From contig CDRNST010000034.1 in assembly GCA_977016875.1 (NCBI GenBank), positions 62,001 to 126,000 of the forward strand: a stretch of 64,000 nt of DNA, written 5' to 3'. This DNA comes from Pavona decussata (taxonomy: Eukaryota). The translations under genes and the position numbers were made by a program. Positions 13,701 through 28,700 of the stretch are shown here, piece after piece (position 1 is the first letter of the stretch; the number at the start of each line of letters is the position of its first letter). The notes under the pieces are model-generated. The model was not told the DNA's origin. It did no database searches and saw only the letters and a program-made list of their open reading frames with translations.

Positions 13701-16700
13701 TGCCAAGCGTGGGAAAAGCCGGCGAACGAGTAAGTCACGATTGGTTTCAGAGATTGACAAAGTGGTGCAAGGCTTGCTAACCAATCACAGAACGTAGTAA
13801 AGAAAAACCGAAACAAACTAGAAATTACTTTCGACACTCAAATGAAAATAGCTCTAGTGGAATATCAATCAAATAAGATTTATTACAAGTACTAAAAAAG
13901 TGGATTATTCGCTCTCAATTTCTATGAGTTACAGATAATACAGGATGCGTCCGCATCATCTATCTCGCGATAGTCATCTAAAGCTCATCATCTCGTTCTC
14001 ACAATCCAATTCAGGTTCAATAAAAACACTAGTAGAAGTCTGGGAGACCGAGAAGCTGTTGTGTCTGGAGACAGAAGCCGTATGCGAATGCTTTCACTGC
14101 CTTTCCGAGTTCTCTCGAATTCGCTTCTATCAGTCTTTCTTTCAGTTCTATAAAAACACAGACGAAATGTTTTCCGTTTGGTTCAGAAACAACCCACATG
14201 AAATTTACCTTGTTTTTGTAAAGATATAGAAACACTTTAGTCAATCAAAATGCACGTCAGTTCTCTAACGCACTTCAGTACTAACTCAGCCTCTGACTTA
14301 ACATGGTTTTAGGTTTTTGAACTGATTAAGCAGAGGTTTGGAGTATTCCATCGCAATAATGTCAAACAGTTTTCTCACCTTATCTTTAGTAAAGGATCAG
14401 ATATTAGTAATTCCTCCAAGTTCTTGTAGAATATTGAACACAAGCATGTATAGTATGCTAGAAAAACAATCATTACAAGGGCGTTAAACCTTGTTCTCTT
14501 TTCATTTTGGTTACCAATGTGCCATTAATTAAAGATGATCATAGGGATCAAAAACAACAAATTCTACGGAAGGTTGAAACCAGTTCTGTCGTGTCACAAG
14601 TTTATTATGTTATTATGAATTCAAACGAGTGTTTTGTGTCATTAATCATTGCTAAGCAAGGGCCACGGGGAAATATACAGAAGGGGATGCACATTTATTT
14701 TCTCCCAATGAATGGTTAGCTTGCGGTGTGACTTCTACAAAAGATACCTTCTTCGTGGATTGGTTCAGTGGCAGTGCAGATAAAATCCCGTTGACATTTT
14801 GACTTTGAGATGCTAATTATTTTAGCTAGCCATGAAATGAGAACTTAAACAACAGGAAGAGTAAACTGCGCATGAGCAGCAAATGTATTGAACTACTACA
14901 AATAATTCGTCTTTTATTTTCCCTATTTCAATCAATCTAAGAGGCAATCTTTTACTGAAGCCTTACCATTGATGATGTACACATCATTCGCAAACATGCC
15001 TCCTTTCCCATTCACGCAGTTTATCGCTGTGCCATATTTATTGTAGGTGAGATGCGCGGTAGGACTGGATGCACACCAGCCGCCATCTTGGACAGCAAAT
15101 ACTTTCCAACCACGACTCCTGGTCACCTCAGCACACTTTTCCACGGCATTCTTACGAGTGAGGAAGCTTCCTTTTAATAACTGATGTGTCCCCTCCATGG
15201 TTGGAACTGCTCGGTCTTGATCGTTATCTCCAAAACAGCCCAGACTGGAATAGAATCCTGGAACACACCAACACGAATAGACATCAAAATGTTATAAACT
15301 GTGATTGCAAATACGTTGGCACAGAGGCAACAGATTTTTGCTAGAAAATTTTCTGTTTTGAGAAAAACTAATTTTTAATTTTCTTGCCTTCTTTGTCAAT
15401 CCATTTCAGAATAAAAGCTACCCTATGTATGTGAAAATACACTGGGGGTTACTGTAAATTAAAACAATTTAAGGTACCCACTAAACTATGCGAACATTAA
15501 ATGTGATTCCGGTAATGTCCAATTTAAACGTCATCTTATACATATATTTTAATACTGCTGTAGCAAGAGAACGCTTTCAAACATTTATTTGAGCTAGTCT
15601 CACCAAATGCTAAATCTTAAGACACGGCATTGAAGCGTTTTTAAGTCCGTAAAAGTAATTTTTTTGACAGAGTATTTTGCTTAATTTGTTTTTATTTGTT
15701 TATTGTCCTTGAGAAGCCTCAACTGGAGGAAAGTCAATAAAGTATGAATGAATGAAAAGTATAAAATGATTTCCAGTGTTTCGACAGTGATACTTCTCTT
15801 GTGACCACGGCACAAGGGACCATTTAGCAAAAGCGCTATTTTTACTGGCGAATGATTGTTAGTATTAATTATAATTGCTATTTGCTAGGATTAAGGTATC
15901 CGCTGGTACTGAAAACAGAAGGCTTACCTGAAGCTAACTTATCAGCGAGTGCATCTCTAAATAAGGACGAAGGAAAACCAATCTGATTGCGCGCGAGTGT
16001 TTCGTTTCGGCTGTCCGGCTTTGACGAGTTACGTACCATGGAAAATGAAAGGCCCTTGAACTCAATCATCTCAACCACAACAACTGATATTTCTGTTTTG
16101 AGGGTACAAAAAAAGTCAATAATTCATGCGCGATAAATATTTACCTGCTGGTGCAATTTCACATTTTTCAAAGGGATGTTTGAGAAGAAACTTTAAATTT
16201 CAATTATATGTTTCACTTTGTTTGAGTAGTTTACTTTGGGACATAGAGTTGTAACTTCTTTCTATACTGCAGGTTTTTTTATGCAATTCGGTAAGAATCT
16301 CAAACTGATTTTGATCCCAGCATCCATGAACAAGGAATAAAAACAAGAAGCAAGAGTTGTTAATCAGTCAAAGCTAGGCTAAGTTAATGGAAACGTTCTT
16401 ACCAACATTGGAAGATTTGGTTTTGAGTCCAAGATTGTTGAACTTATTCGGGTCAGTAATTGCGTTATTCAACATGTCTTGAAGCTGTTGTTGAGCGATG
16501 ACTTCAGTGGTGTCCTCTAAAGCTTTCACCATCTCCGTGGCCCTCAGTGAAATCTACATATACAAATAAGTTTATGTTTCCGGTTTAATAATTTAGTAAT
16601 GAAGTAAAAGTCATGCCTTTTGATCATTTGCAAAACAACCAATCATAGCAGGCGGCTAGACAGTTCCATGTTTAAACCGGGCCTAAGATCCTCGCCCAGC

Positions 16701-19700
16701 AGCCGCAGGAATCAGAGATTCATTATATTTTACCTTTTCCATGCCGTTCCACGCCTGCCTGTTTTCACGGTCCAACAGATTGTTCACTGCCTCACCTATG
16801 TTCTGTCAAAACACCAAGATTTTCTTGTCAATAAATGCCAAATATCCATTACGATCTTGAGCACGAGATCGCCTTCTTGTTACTGCTGTTATTGTTTGTT
16901 TCGTGGCTTACCTGCAGACTAGGTGGTGCGTTGCTACAGACATTGCTTATCAGGTTTATAGATGGTACCTTTACTCATAGCAAGTGTGTCGTCCACGTTA
17001 AATGAAGTATGTATTTCTCTTTGTCTTATTAGAAGAGTGCCCGTTCGCTGTACGTTCACATGTCAAGGCTAATTATCGAGCAAATATGCAAAGTCAGTAA
17101 AAAATCTTACCTCCAAATAACAAGTTAATTCCTCTTTCGTAACGTTCTGCATTGTGCGGTTTGCTTCTCGATTCAGAACATTCATAATATCAATTGAAGC
17201 GTATATGTCTCCTGCGTAAATCTTGTCAATTTTCGGGTCCAGAATATTTCGCAATTCCTTGCCAATGTCAAGCAAATCTGAAAAACTTGCACCCCTTTTA
17301 AGCAGTTGTGTCAGCTGCGGAGGAAGAGATCGTAATTCAAAATTGTAAGCAAATTGAAATTAAAGTTTATATGATTCTTTTAACTTCGACAGACACAGTA
17401 ACTATCACAGAAATGCCATGAAAAGATTCAAACCATCAGTACCGAAGGAAAAATCAGGTACTTGCCTTTTGTTGCAGTTCATACATGGCCTTAGTAATGC
17501 AGCGCGTGAGATCCGGTACTCCCCACACCCCTCTGGTAATTCCATTGTAGCATGTCCTCTGAGCCTCGCCTATGTATGAGTTATAAATTTAGTGGGTAAG
17601 CTTGTCCAGGATGGGGGAGTAATCACACTGAGTTCGAAATGAGGAGACTCAAGTCAATAACAAGAACATTCCATCAAAAGAATCCTTTGTATACTCTGAC
17701 AAAACATGTACGTGCAAAGCAACTTGGCCTGGAGGTACAAAATCTTCAATTGCTAATTTTCATACAGTAGTATTTTCTTTATCGATACAGGAGAAAGTGA
17801 ATTTTTTCTCCAGAGAGAACGACCGCTCATGCCACATCATGGCACAACCTGCTCAGTTACCATTTCATTCCTTATTTAATTAACCATTCCAGAATGGAGC
17901 CTTACCCTTCAAGTAATCTTGTGGACAGGCCTTGACATCTGTACTGCTGGCCACAGTGTGACTCCATAGAATATCTTGACGCCATTCAGCTGCACAGTAG
18001 GCGAAGTCACCCTCCGACGCTGGGTATAAAAAAAGAAAGAGTCAGTTATATCACATCATACTTAAGGTTATGAGCATCATCTATTCAGCTTACCTCGGCA
18101 TTGTTTTCTATCGCTGTGAAGAAGAAAACCTCGGTTACACAAGCAGTGGTAGCTACCATCTGGACTGTTGATACACACGTGCTGACAGCCGCCATTGTTA
18201 ACAGTGCACTCATCCAGGTCTGACGTTTGCAAAAAAGATGGAAAGAGAAAGAAGATCAGCAAGAAAGTGAGCCAGCTACTTTAATTTGTTCAATAACCAC
18301 AATAGCTCATCAAGACTAAAGCTTAATTGATACACAGCATACTTAGCGCTTTCTGTGTGATTGTAGTTGATGGTAATGGAAATAAAGTCGTTGGCCCAAG
18401 CACATCGTTTGGACGAGAAGGGTTCGCTCCATGGGAATTCATTCGGGGTCCAGTGGGAGGGATAAGATCGATTCAACAGAACAAACGTAAACACTGAAAA
18501 TTTGCATCGCAACACTAGATGTATTTCTATATTTACGTTCACGTGGATAAAGCTAAAATAGCAACTTTAGCAAGATTGAAAGCTTCTTCCGATGTTATAA
18601 GACGCTGACAGAAGCGGCAATAAATTTCATTCGGGTCATTCGGGATACAGCGTGTGCGATGAGATCGATTCAACAGAACAAATGTAACCACTGAAAAGTT
18701 GCATCGCAACGCTTGATGTATTTCTATATTTACGTTCACTTGGATAAAGCCAAAATAGCAACTTCCCGATGTTATAAAACGCGCGCTTTTTCGTCGATTG
18801 GCAAACACGCAAAACCACCAAAAGAACGCACACGTCCACCGTTGCGTTGCTTCGCGTATCGAAAGGAATCAGAGTGCGTGTGTAATTTAATTGTTTTATT
18901 GTTTATACATAATGTATTCCCCTAATGAGGCATGGCGTCAACGGATCCTTTTAGCGTAGTTTGCTGCGAGTACCGCTTTACGGTTACCACTATTCACTTC
19001 TGCACTCATGTGTTGCTCACAGGAGCCTTAATTTTTTTTTTCCATTTGAAACCGAGGGGCAGGTTCGGGGATTAAGTAGTCTTACACAAGAACCCGACGA
19101 CAAGGTCAGAGTATTGGAACGGTTTCAGAAAGGGTTTGGAACGACTGACCATTGCGCCAGCGTTAAGTGAGGGGTAGTTACTGTCTTTAAACTTGAGCAT
19201 GATAAACCTTTGATTTACTTTATCGATAAATTGCAATCTGATTGACGTGACAGATCTGAGCCTCTTGGGAGATTGCTGGAAGCGTCTCCAAAACGTTCAA
19301 CAGTAAATCATATTTATCGACATTGTGAATTCAGTAGGTGGGTCCCTCGTCTATTTAACTGCTCGTCCTGTTTGTACCAACTTTAAACAGTGAACTCGTT
19401 TTTTTTTTCGGTAGAAACCTCAAGATTTTAATCCAGTATCATTGAATGCCAGACTTACCGATGCACTCTTTTCCGCCACCAATGTAACCTCTTGTGCATA
19501 CACATTCAAAGGAAGTTCCGTTCCTTGCACAAAAAGCATGCTCGGAACATTTTAATGGACAATCTTCTCTCTCTGTTTGTGAAGAAAAAGGTGACATTGG
19601 TTAATTCAAGTTTCTAGTTCACTCTATTCTTAATCTTCGTTTCCGCGACTGAAATTGTAACATACCCACTACTTGCTTGACAGCATAATCATCCATCTCT

Positions 19701-22700
19701 ATGGCCAGGTTTTTAAGTCTTCCTCTCTTGACCGCCAGGTTAAGAGGCCTGATTGGCAGGACTGCGTTAGAGGCAAACACCATCCAGAACTCAGCAAGTA
19801 CGATCCCATCCCTTAAGAACAAAACCATTCAGTTAGTTCTTCTAAATGATTCGTTTCACTTAATATGATATATGAATATTTCGTTTGCGTTATTGAAAGT
19901 GTATCTAGTATTGGAACAAAACAAAGAGCACGAGTTACGTCACTCCGTTCTTATTTCTTTTCCTTGATGATATGAAGTCACTCATACCTGTTATGTAGAT
20001 TTACAACATACATGCGCAAGAACGTGTCATCATTTCGGTAGATGTCTTCAACCTGAAAATATAAATGATTCGTTTTCTTAATTGTTTATTTTTTTTTTCA
20101 AGCTAGAACAAATGATTTGTTGGCAACTACTTCATATTCTCCGGACGTACTTCATTGAAGTCAATGTTAAACAATTAATTTCCCCAAAATTTCCTTCTTT
20201 AAACATGCACAGTTAATGTTGTTCATGCAGCTTAATATTTTGTTTCCCATTATACGTCGGGATTCTTGTTATAATCAACGACAATTAAGTTCATAACAAG
20301 TAACATGCGTCAATAGTCATATGATACTTATTTTTAAACTGACTGGGTACTAAGTTTGGGGACGCCATTTACATATGAAATGACTGGATATCAAAGCCGG
20401 GAAATATCAATTTGAAGACTGAGATAAGATCCAGGGGCCCTGGAGATGATAATAAATGACATGAAGCGCTAGCAAACCTACTGAGAGATGCTCTTTTTAA
20501 TGCAAGCGATAATCGCCTTTTTAGTAAACCTTTCACAAGTCTAAGTGCCACTCATACTATAATATAAAACATACCCCGTTTTCAATTTCCTTGGCGAGGT
20601 TTACGAATTGCGTGGTGTTTGACATTCGAAATTCCTCACGCCATCTATTTGACGAAAACTTCAGGTCAACCATGTAAATTTCGTGCAGTGCTAAAACAAT
20701 AATAATAGCATTTATAATCAGTGTTGAAACAATATTGATAGCATCACTATTCCACGTTGTAACAATGACGTTAATAACAGCAGTCAGTGCTGAAACATAA
20801 AGATTGCAAGTGCAAAAAAGACCTTTGACGCAGGTGTTTATACAGCACTATAACACAAACTCATCAACTACGCAAGTATATAATACCAACTCACACTTTC
20901 CAGTTCTGATGGGTTGAAATACCGCTACTCTGGTATTTTGCGATCATGAGTACAAATGAGTCCCGTTCAAGCTTTTTTATTTTATTCTCGAACGACGTGC
21001 GATTCTCTTACGTCCTCAGCACAGCAACTGACCCTGCGTAACTGATGCTGGAGGGTATCGGTGTAGCACAGAGAAGAGCGTAAACAACATACTAACCGAC
21101 GCAATCAATTCCATTTCCTTTAGAGCCTAGTGCACAGGTACAGAAAAAATAAGGCGCTTGATTGGTGCAGACACCATACTTCACGTGACAATTATGTCTT
21201 TCCTCTTTACACTCGTCAATATCTGAAGAATGAAGAACAAACGAGCAGTGGTATAATAGATGGCTTGCAAGAGGTAGGCAGAGAGAAAGGATGGTTCCCA
21301 AAAAGTGATGTGTCTCAGCCAATTTTAGTCCGATTCTAAGCTCCCAATGACAGCAAAGCAAGAGCTTAGGTTGTTATGAATAGAAGTTGCTAACACTTTA
21401 TTACCACAACCAAAGATAAATATTTAGTTCCTTAGTAATTCAAAAAATTTGCAATGTTCAGAAAACTGTTTGGCGCAGCTAATGGGAGCCCTCACCCCCT
21501 CCCCACCCTCTCATGAAACGACAGGGAATGCAAAGAATAGTTTGGAGATAGAACAGACTCTAATCGCTCCCTACAAAAACCAGAGACAGTGAAGACTTGT
21601 ACCATGAAAATAAGGAATGTTCGTTTTTTTATCACATGCATTCTCAAAGAATTTTGAAAAAGCAACTACTGATCTGGATGGCCGTTGAAAGTACGTTCTT
21701 ATTTAGAAGGAAAGGGTGAAATGCCCCAAGAAGGAGAACTGTTCATGATTGCAACGAGGGATTGTGTTTTTTTAGGAATACTGTTATTTATCTTGCACCT
21801 ATTAGCTAATCGTGCACTGCAAGAACTACAAGAGGAAAATAAAGAGCATCAGGTGCGAAACAATCTCCGTATCTTGGCTAGTCTAGAATTTTACCAATTA
21901 ACGTCTCTCTCAACAACATAAGTTGGCCTCAAGTAATCAGGCTCTGCAGCGGCAAAACGTTTCTTCACTGAGCTGACCAAAGAAGGGGAGGAAACCAGAC
22001 TCATCAAAAGTACGGGAAGGGGGGAGTTCAAACCCCGGTTATCTCCACTGAGAGAATATTTCGAGATTTCGAAAATTGCATGGTGTATTTTGCTAGGTAT
22101 ATAAGCTTACCCCAGCAATCTGTGCCATTGTAACGGAATCCCGGCAAACAATAGCAGATGAAGCTACCAAATGTGTTGTTACACAGTGAAGTTCCGTTAC
22201 AGTCATCTGTCCTAGCTAAACACTCGTCCAAATCTTCAAAACAAAATTGCAAGAAACATCCATTGATCAGTAACGACTCATTGTATCTTTATCGTGATTC
22301 TATTTACAAACGTTACGGATAAAAAGGAACGATGTTTTACAAAGTCATTACCGTAATAATTTAATTTTACTACGCTATATTATTTGGATAAGACAACAAT
22401 TACCTGTTGCTGCCCAAAACAAATCGTTGCCTTAAGAATTCGCGCAACACTGTTAGTATTAAATATTTGATTCGTTTGACCAACTTCTTTATGAATGTTG
22501 GACGATGTTGTAGGAAGTTTGATTTCCACGAAAAATGTTTAGCTTGTACATTCACATGCTTGTAACTCAATAACCTTGCCGCATTGAGCGGCTAATCGGA
22601 TAAAAAGGAACGATGTTTTACAAAGTCATTACCGTAATAATTTAATTTTACAACGCTATATTATTTGGATAAGACAACAATTACCTGTTGCTGCCCAAAA

Positions 22701-25700
22701 CAAATCGTTGCCTTAAGAATTCGCGCAACACTGTTAGTATTAAATATTTGATTCGTTTGACCAACTTCTTTATGAATGTTGGACGATGTTGTAGGAAGTT
22801 TGATTTCCACGAAAAATGTTTAGCTTGTACATTCACATGCTTGTAACTCAATAACCTTGCCGCATTGAGCGGCTAATCGAATAAACGTCGCTCCAAGTTA
22901 ATTAACTTAGTACTCGTCAATAGAAATAGACATTTATACCTTCACAGTGGGTTCCATTTCCATAGAAACCAATAGAACAGTTGCAGTAGAACGAACCATT
23001 AATATTTGAACACTCCGCGTCATTGTGACAGTCATGGGTTCCAATCATACATTCATTGATATCTGAAAATAGTGAATGCAAACATTCAACAGTTTCAGTA
23101 TTGTTGTGCAAAGCTAATAAAGGATCTCAACACGTGTTTACTGCAGCATCCAAGAAACCAAAAGTTTGAAATTAGTCCACCAGTATTCATCAGAGTTCAT
23201 CGTTACTGGAAATGGATGACTATTTCCCAGATCATTGTACTAACTTAGCCCCTGTGGGTCGTACTTCAGACAAACTATCGATACTTCTATGTCAAAACCC
23301 GTTTACAGCTAAGTGTTCTGTTATCCTGTTTTTACAGTTACATGCTGATGATTCAACTCTTCCGAACTTGAAATTTTGACCAGACACTACAAAAATTACT
23401 TGAAAGGTAAGGCTTGGCAAGTAAAATTAGAAACATTTCCGTAACATAAACATGAATTAGAAGGACGATAAAAATGATTAACATTCTCTTACCAACACAA
23501 GTGAAACCATCTCCTGAATATCCTGAAGAACACGTACAGTAAAACGATCCTTTATTGTTGAAGCAGGTCGCCCCCCAGCTGCAGTTGTGGGTGTCTGTTT
23601 CACATTCGTCAATATCTAGGAAAAAGGGAATGGCCGAGAAGTGGTATATTGGACAAATAATGCTTCAAAGGGACAAGCAAGATTATGTCCAGGATACACA
23701 TGTCAAGAATAGTTGATACACAATGAAAGGTGAACGTGGCTGCAATTTTTCCTGTTTTCTTTTTTGAATTTAAAAAGTGCAACGGTACTTTTGGCATAAT
23801 CTCACTATCTAGTAGTTATTGTACTATAACATAATCATCTGCAGTACTCTTAAAAGAACTAAGAACAGTAATGAACCTCTGCTAATGCACGCCTCCCGTG
23901 GGCGGATGCTTAAATGTCATCTCAAAACTGTCCAGTTATGGAACACTAGTGGAACGTTGTATTGGAACACGCCTTTAGAAAACTAAAACTCCAGTCAATC
24001 AACTTTCTTTAAATAGACGTCTGGTACTATTGCATTCTGTATAAAATTATTTTCTACGTTTAACAGATATGATAGAATTTTAACCAGCTAAGATGATTCT
24101 ATCCACTCAGTTTACCCGCACAGGAAACTCCATTGCCAGAGTAGCCAATCAAACAGGTGCAGTTGAACGATCCATTAGTGTTAGTACAGAACGCATCAGC
24201 ATGGCAATTGTCCAGGTCATATTTACATTCATCAGTATCTAAAAACGGAATATAATGACCTTTGAATATCAGCACACTTTAAGTACTGTGATAAGAATAT
24301 TTTAAATTGGGTTACTTGAGGATACACATTTCTGAACGGACATTTTTTTCGCTGATGTTTCTGTCCAGCTCCTTTTTTCAAAAATGTATTTGCAATTACA
24401 TTATTGTTACTTTGTAAGATATATTTTCCACCTAATTTCCGCACTTTTGTATAGTTTCAGTGTGTATAGATTATCCTTATCTTTCCGTTTGTTCTACCTT
24501 GTTCTACATTTAACCGATCATTCTCGTGTTCCTGGAATTCATACAACGCTTGTACGTCATTATTTTATTATTTTTTAATTGTAACTATATTTTCGTGGAA
24601 CGTTGTGCGTTTGTTCTTCACGTTCTTGTCTATTTCTTTTAGTTCGTTCGTAGTCGTAAGCAACTGAATCTCAAGATTTCAGTTCTCAATTGAATCTTGA
24701 GAGCGCATTGGCTCAAATAGAAAGCGTGATTGAACATTGTTGTTTTGCCTGATTCGGCGTACTTATTAATAATAACACACTCCAGAAGCTCTTAACAGTT
24801 GCTGATTATAGCGCGCCATTCGGCACGTACCAACACATTTCTGCCCAGTGCCATGGTATCCTCGGTTGCAATCACATAAGAATGATCCTTTTGTATTGGT
24901 ACACGTAGCATGTTTATGGCAATTATGTGTGCCCAGGCTACATTCGTCCAGGTCTATAAAAAAAGTAATGATCAGGAATAAGTGGGTAAGAAGGGACTTT
25001 GAAAACACCTTTATCTTTGAAAGCTCTCGAGCCACTGGTGGAAGTCTACAGAATTAGATTGTCTTTCACACCATTTTTCTTTCGAGACAGACAGGTACTG
25101 TCCACAACATTGAAACTCGTGTTCGAAAAAGCACATAACACGGGAAATGGGTATTTTTTAACTTATGTTATAAAACGAACTACAAAGGAGGTTTTCCAAA
25201 ATATTTACCTTTGAATTTCTATCTTTGACGAGAACTTAACCGATTTTGATAACACACCTGGCGGACGCTAGGCCAAACCTGATGACAGGGTCTTGTTTTG
25301 GTACAAAAGCAAGTATAAACTTATGGAAGATTTTCCCGTGGACGGGGGAATGTTGAATTGCGTCCAGTTTTGCAACGGTCAAATTCAAGATCGAAAGAAA
25401 CTTTAAAATTGATAAAAATGAATGGAAGAACAAGATTTAAAGAACCATGAAATAGAGATATTTTGTTTACTTTTCCATTATTGGATACCTGAGCAGTTGA
25501 CTCCATCGCCAGTGTAACCGACTTGACACGTGCAGTAAAATGAACCGTTTGTATTGGTGCAGAAGGCATCAGCATGACAGTTGTGTAGATCAGCTGTACA
25601 TTCATTTATATCTGACACAAGAAAAAGAATTAGGTGAGTTTTAAGCAGGTTTAGTCCTTCAGTAATTTTCAAAGTTCATATTTTTTTACACATCACAGAT

Positions 25701-28700
25701 CTTTTTAGTTTCAAGAAGCGACTTCTGCAAGATTTACTATTTTAGCAGTGACTTTAACCTTTACAAATTTTTCATTCAAGTGCATGTGCTTGAAGCAATT
25801 ACGCTTACAGTGATAATCTTAACAAATGAGATATATATTAATTTTTCACACACAAGTAAAGTTGATTAACAGGTTTCCTCTTGCATATCTCGAGACAAAG
25901 AAACAGCAAACAAAAATCCCAGAGAAAAACAAAAACAAGCAAAAACCTAAAGCCAAAAAAGGTTTCCAATAAAAACCTGCTGATCTGTCGGCTACCTCTT
26001 GTTTACTTTACTAAGAAGAAATAACATAAATTTACCTTCGCATGCAACTCCATCTCCAGTAAAACCAATGTTGCAAGTGCACTGGAAAGATCCCTTAGTA
26101 TTGTTACAATGCGCGTTGACGTCGCAGTTATCAGTATTCGTTTGGCATTCATCAATATCTAACAAGCGATAGCGAGTACTCAGTTAGTGACAAAAGCGTT
26201 TAAAGGGAAAGGAAATGCAAACATAGATTTATGGTGAGGGACATGAACACGTGAACTCTATTTAGCTGGTCAAGAGCATGGCGCTGTGTTAGATAATATT
26301 AAATGTATGATTATGATTCGTATCTTAAAGTTAACCTACCTAAACACGTGACTCCGTCTCCACTGTATCCTATGTGACACGTGCAATAAAACGATCCCTT
26401 GTTGTTTGTACAGTTAGCGTCATCATGGCAGTTGTGAGCATAATGTGAGTGAAGAGCTGTTAGTCCCTCTAGTGAGCACTCGTTAATGTCTAGCAAATCA
26501 AAACAGGGTAGCAAACCGTTATCATATTAGCCTGCACACTGGAAAGACTAAGACATCTTGCCCTTCGTTTCTGTACCGGTATTTTTCAGAATCAGTTTGA
26601 CCTCTGAAATCGCTACACCCAATATCAAATTATCTCCCTATATTTCGTGTCCAATAAATGCAAATATGTACATCGATGCTTCAGTCATGTGATAGGCAGA
26701 ACGTGGAACGGTTTTAAAGTGGAATGGTTTCATAGAATCCTCCCTCCCTGGCGTCTCCTATAAGGAATTGTTATCTAGAATGGTAAGGACAGGTAGGAAG
26801 TACAATTGCTCAACGAGTTTTGTCCTGGAAAACGAAAAGTAGAGGAAGAATACGAAGAAAGAAAACCCTGGAAAATATCATCATCAAGGACCTGGTTAGG
26901 AGGAAAATGGCATGGAATTATTTATGGCGTCCAGAAAAAAACAGGCCAATACGAGCAAACTGTCAGTACACTGTGCACCTGTGAAAGGGTCTGATGGGCA
27001 TATGTATATATATATATATCTTAAGCACAAGGGTCACTGCTAGTGTTCGCAAGGAGAAATCGACCTATGAACAGCCAACTAAATTTTTGAAACTCAAAAA
27101 GGAAAAATTCCTACCCTCGCAAATAACGCCATTTCCAGAGTATCCCGTATGACACGTGCAGTGGAATGATCCTTTGGTGTTCGTACAGTTGGCATCAGTA
27201 TGACAGTTGTCAGTGTTTGTGCCACACTCGTCGATATCTAAAAATAAGCAAGGAAAGTTTTGAAGAAAGGCAGAAACCAAAACATTCCTTAATCATTATA
27301 CCCATCGATCGCATATTTTAGTTCGGAATATAACATTTCCACATACCTCTGCACATGACTCCATCTCCGCTATATCCTAAAAGGCAGGTGCAGTAAAACG
27401 AGCCCTTTGTGTTGGTGCAAATGGAATCATTGTGGCAGTTATGTACCAAATATTTATAGAAGTCACTGATTCCATCAGGTTCGCACTCATTTACGTCTAC
27501 AAAAGCAAAGGACGTGTAAAGTCAGTTCATGGAGAGTGCGAACAAAAATAATAATAATAAAAAAGAATACATAAAAATTGACTAACCAACACAGGTGACT
27601 CCATTTCCAGAATAGCCATTGAGACAGGTGCAGTAGTACGATCCTTTAGTATTTGTGCAGTTGGCATCACCATGACAGTCATGTGCATAGTGTGTATGAT
27701 TGATAGACAGGGTATCCGAACTGCATTCGTTTATATCTGAAATAAGACATTCATTCATTTTCAACACTTTTTGAACAGGAAATGCTACTTCTTGCTCCTA
27801 AATTATTTTGACAATGTAGCCTAGTCATTGCCTTACCTACACACGTGACGCCATCTCCAGAGTATCCCGTATGACACGTGCAGTAAAAAGATCCTTTGGT
27901 GTTGGTACAGTTGGCATCAGAATGACAGTTATCTTTATCCGTTAGGCACTCATGTATGTCTTGCGAACAAAACAAAAAAAAAATAAAGAAAATAATATAA
28001 AATTTAGGTTCCATCTATTTCAAACTTAAGAGATAGTTACTCCGAGTTGTCAAGAATAAAGATGTTTTGCTACTGTTACTGACGCTTGTCTCGATTGCGA
28101 GTGGACAATTCTTTTGCCTGGAGAAAGAACCTGAATAAATTATTTTATCATCACGTACACAGCAATGCTACAGCCTGCAGGAGAGAGTTGATAACATCAG
28201 TCAAATAAATATTCAGCCGTTAGAGCTGTTCGAGGCCAAGAGGAACAGTGTATACCAAAATAACATTGACTCGAAAGCAGAGGTAAAGGATGAAAGATTA
28301 CGTTTCATTAGTATGGTAAGAGCAGATTAAAGTATCAGATATTACATGACAAACAAATTTTCACTTGCATCGAGTTATGTGTTATGGAATATACAAACTA
28401 TAAACTTAAGCGGGTGAGCATTTCCGTATTAAACCCGCGCANNNNNNNNNNNNNNNNNNNNNNNNNNNNNNNNNNNNNNNNNNNNNNNNNNNNNNNNNNN
28501 NNNNNNNNNNNNNNNNNNNNNNNNNNNNNNNNNNNNNNNNNNNNNNNNNNNNNNNNNNNNNNNNNNNNNNNNNNNNNNNNNNNNNNNNNNNNNNNNNTTA
28601 AGGTTAAAAAAGCGCGAAATGTATTTTACGCTATATTAAAAATGGATCAGGAGTTAGTTAGATTAGATGTGACGCAGTTTCGAAACCCACATTAACACTA

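Noticed and set aside
20369-20551. 60-aa ORF within the SEA region
   Set aside because: Lies in the intron between exons 20575 and 20052, which already join in frame; no domain signal.
28442-28597. Possibility that the N gap hides EGF exons
   Set aside because: Cannot be excluded, but the flanking exon classes match the normal unit junction, so no missing exon is required.
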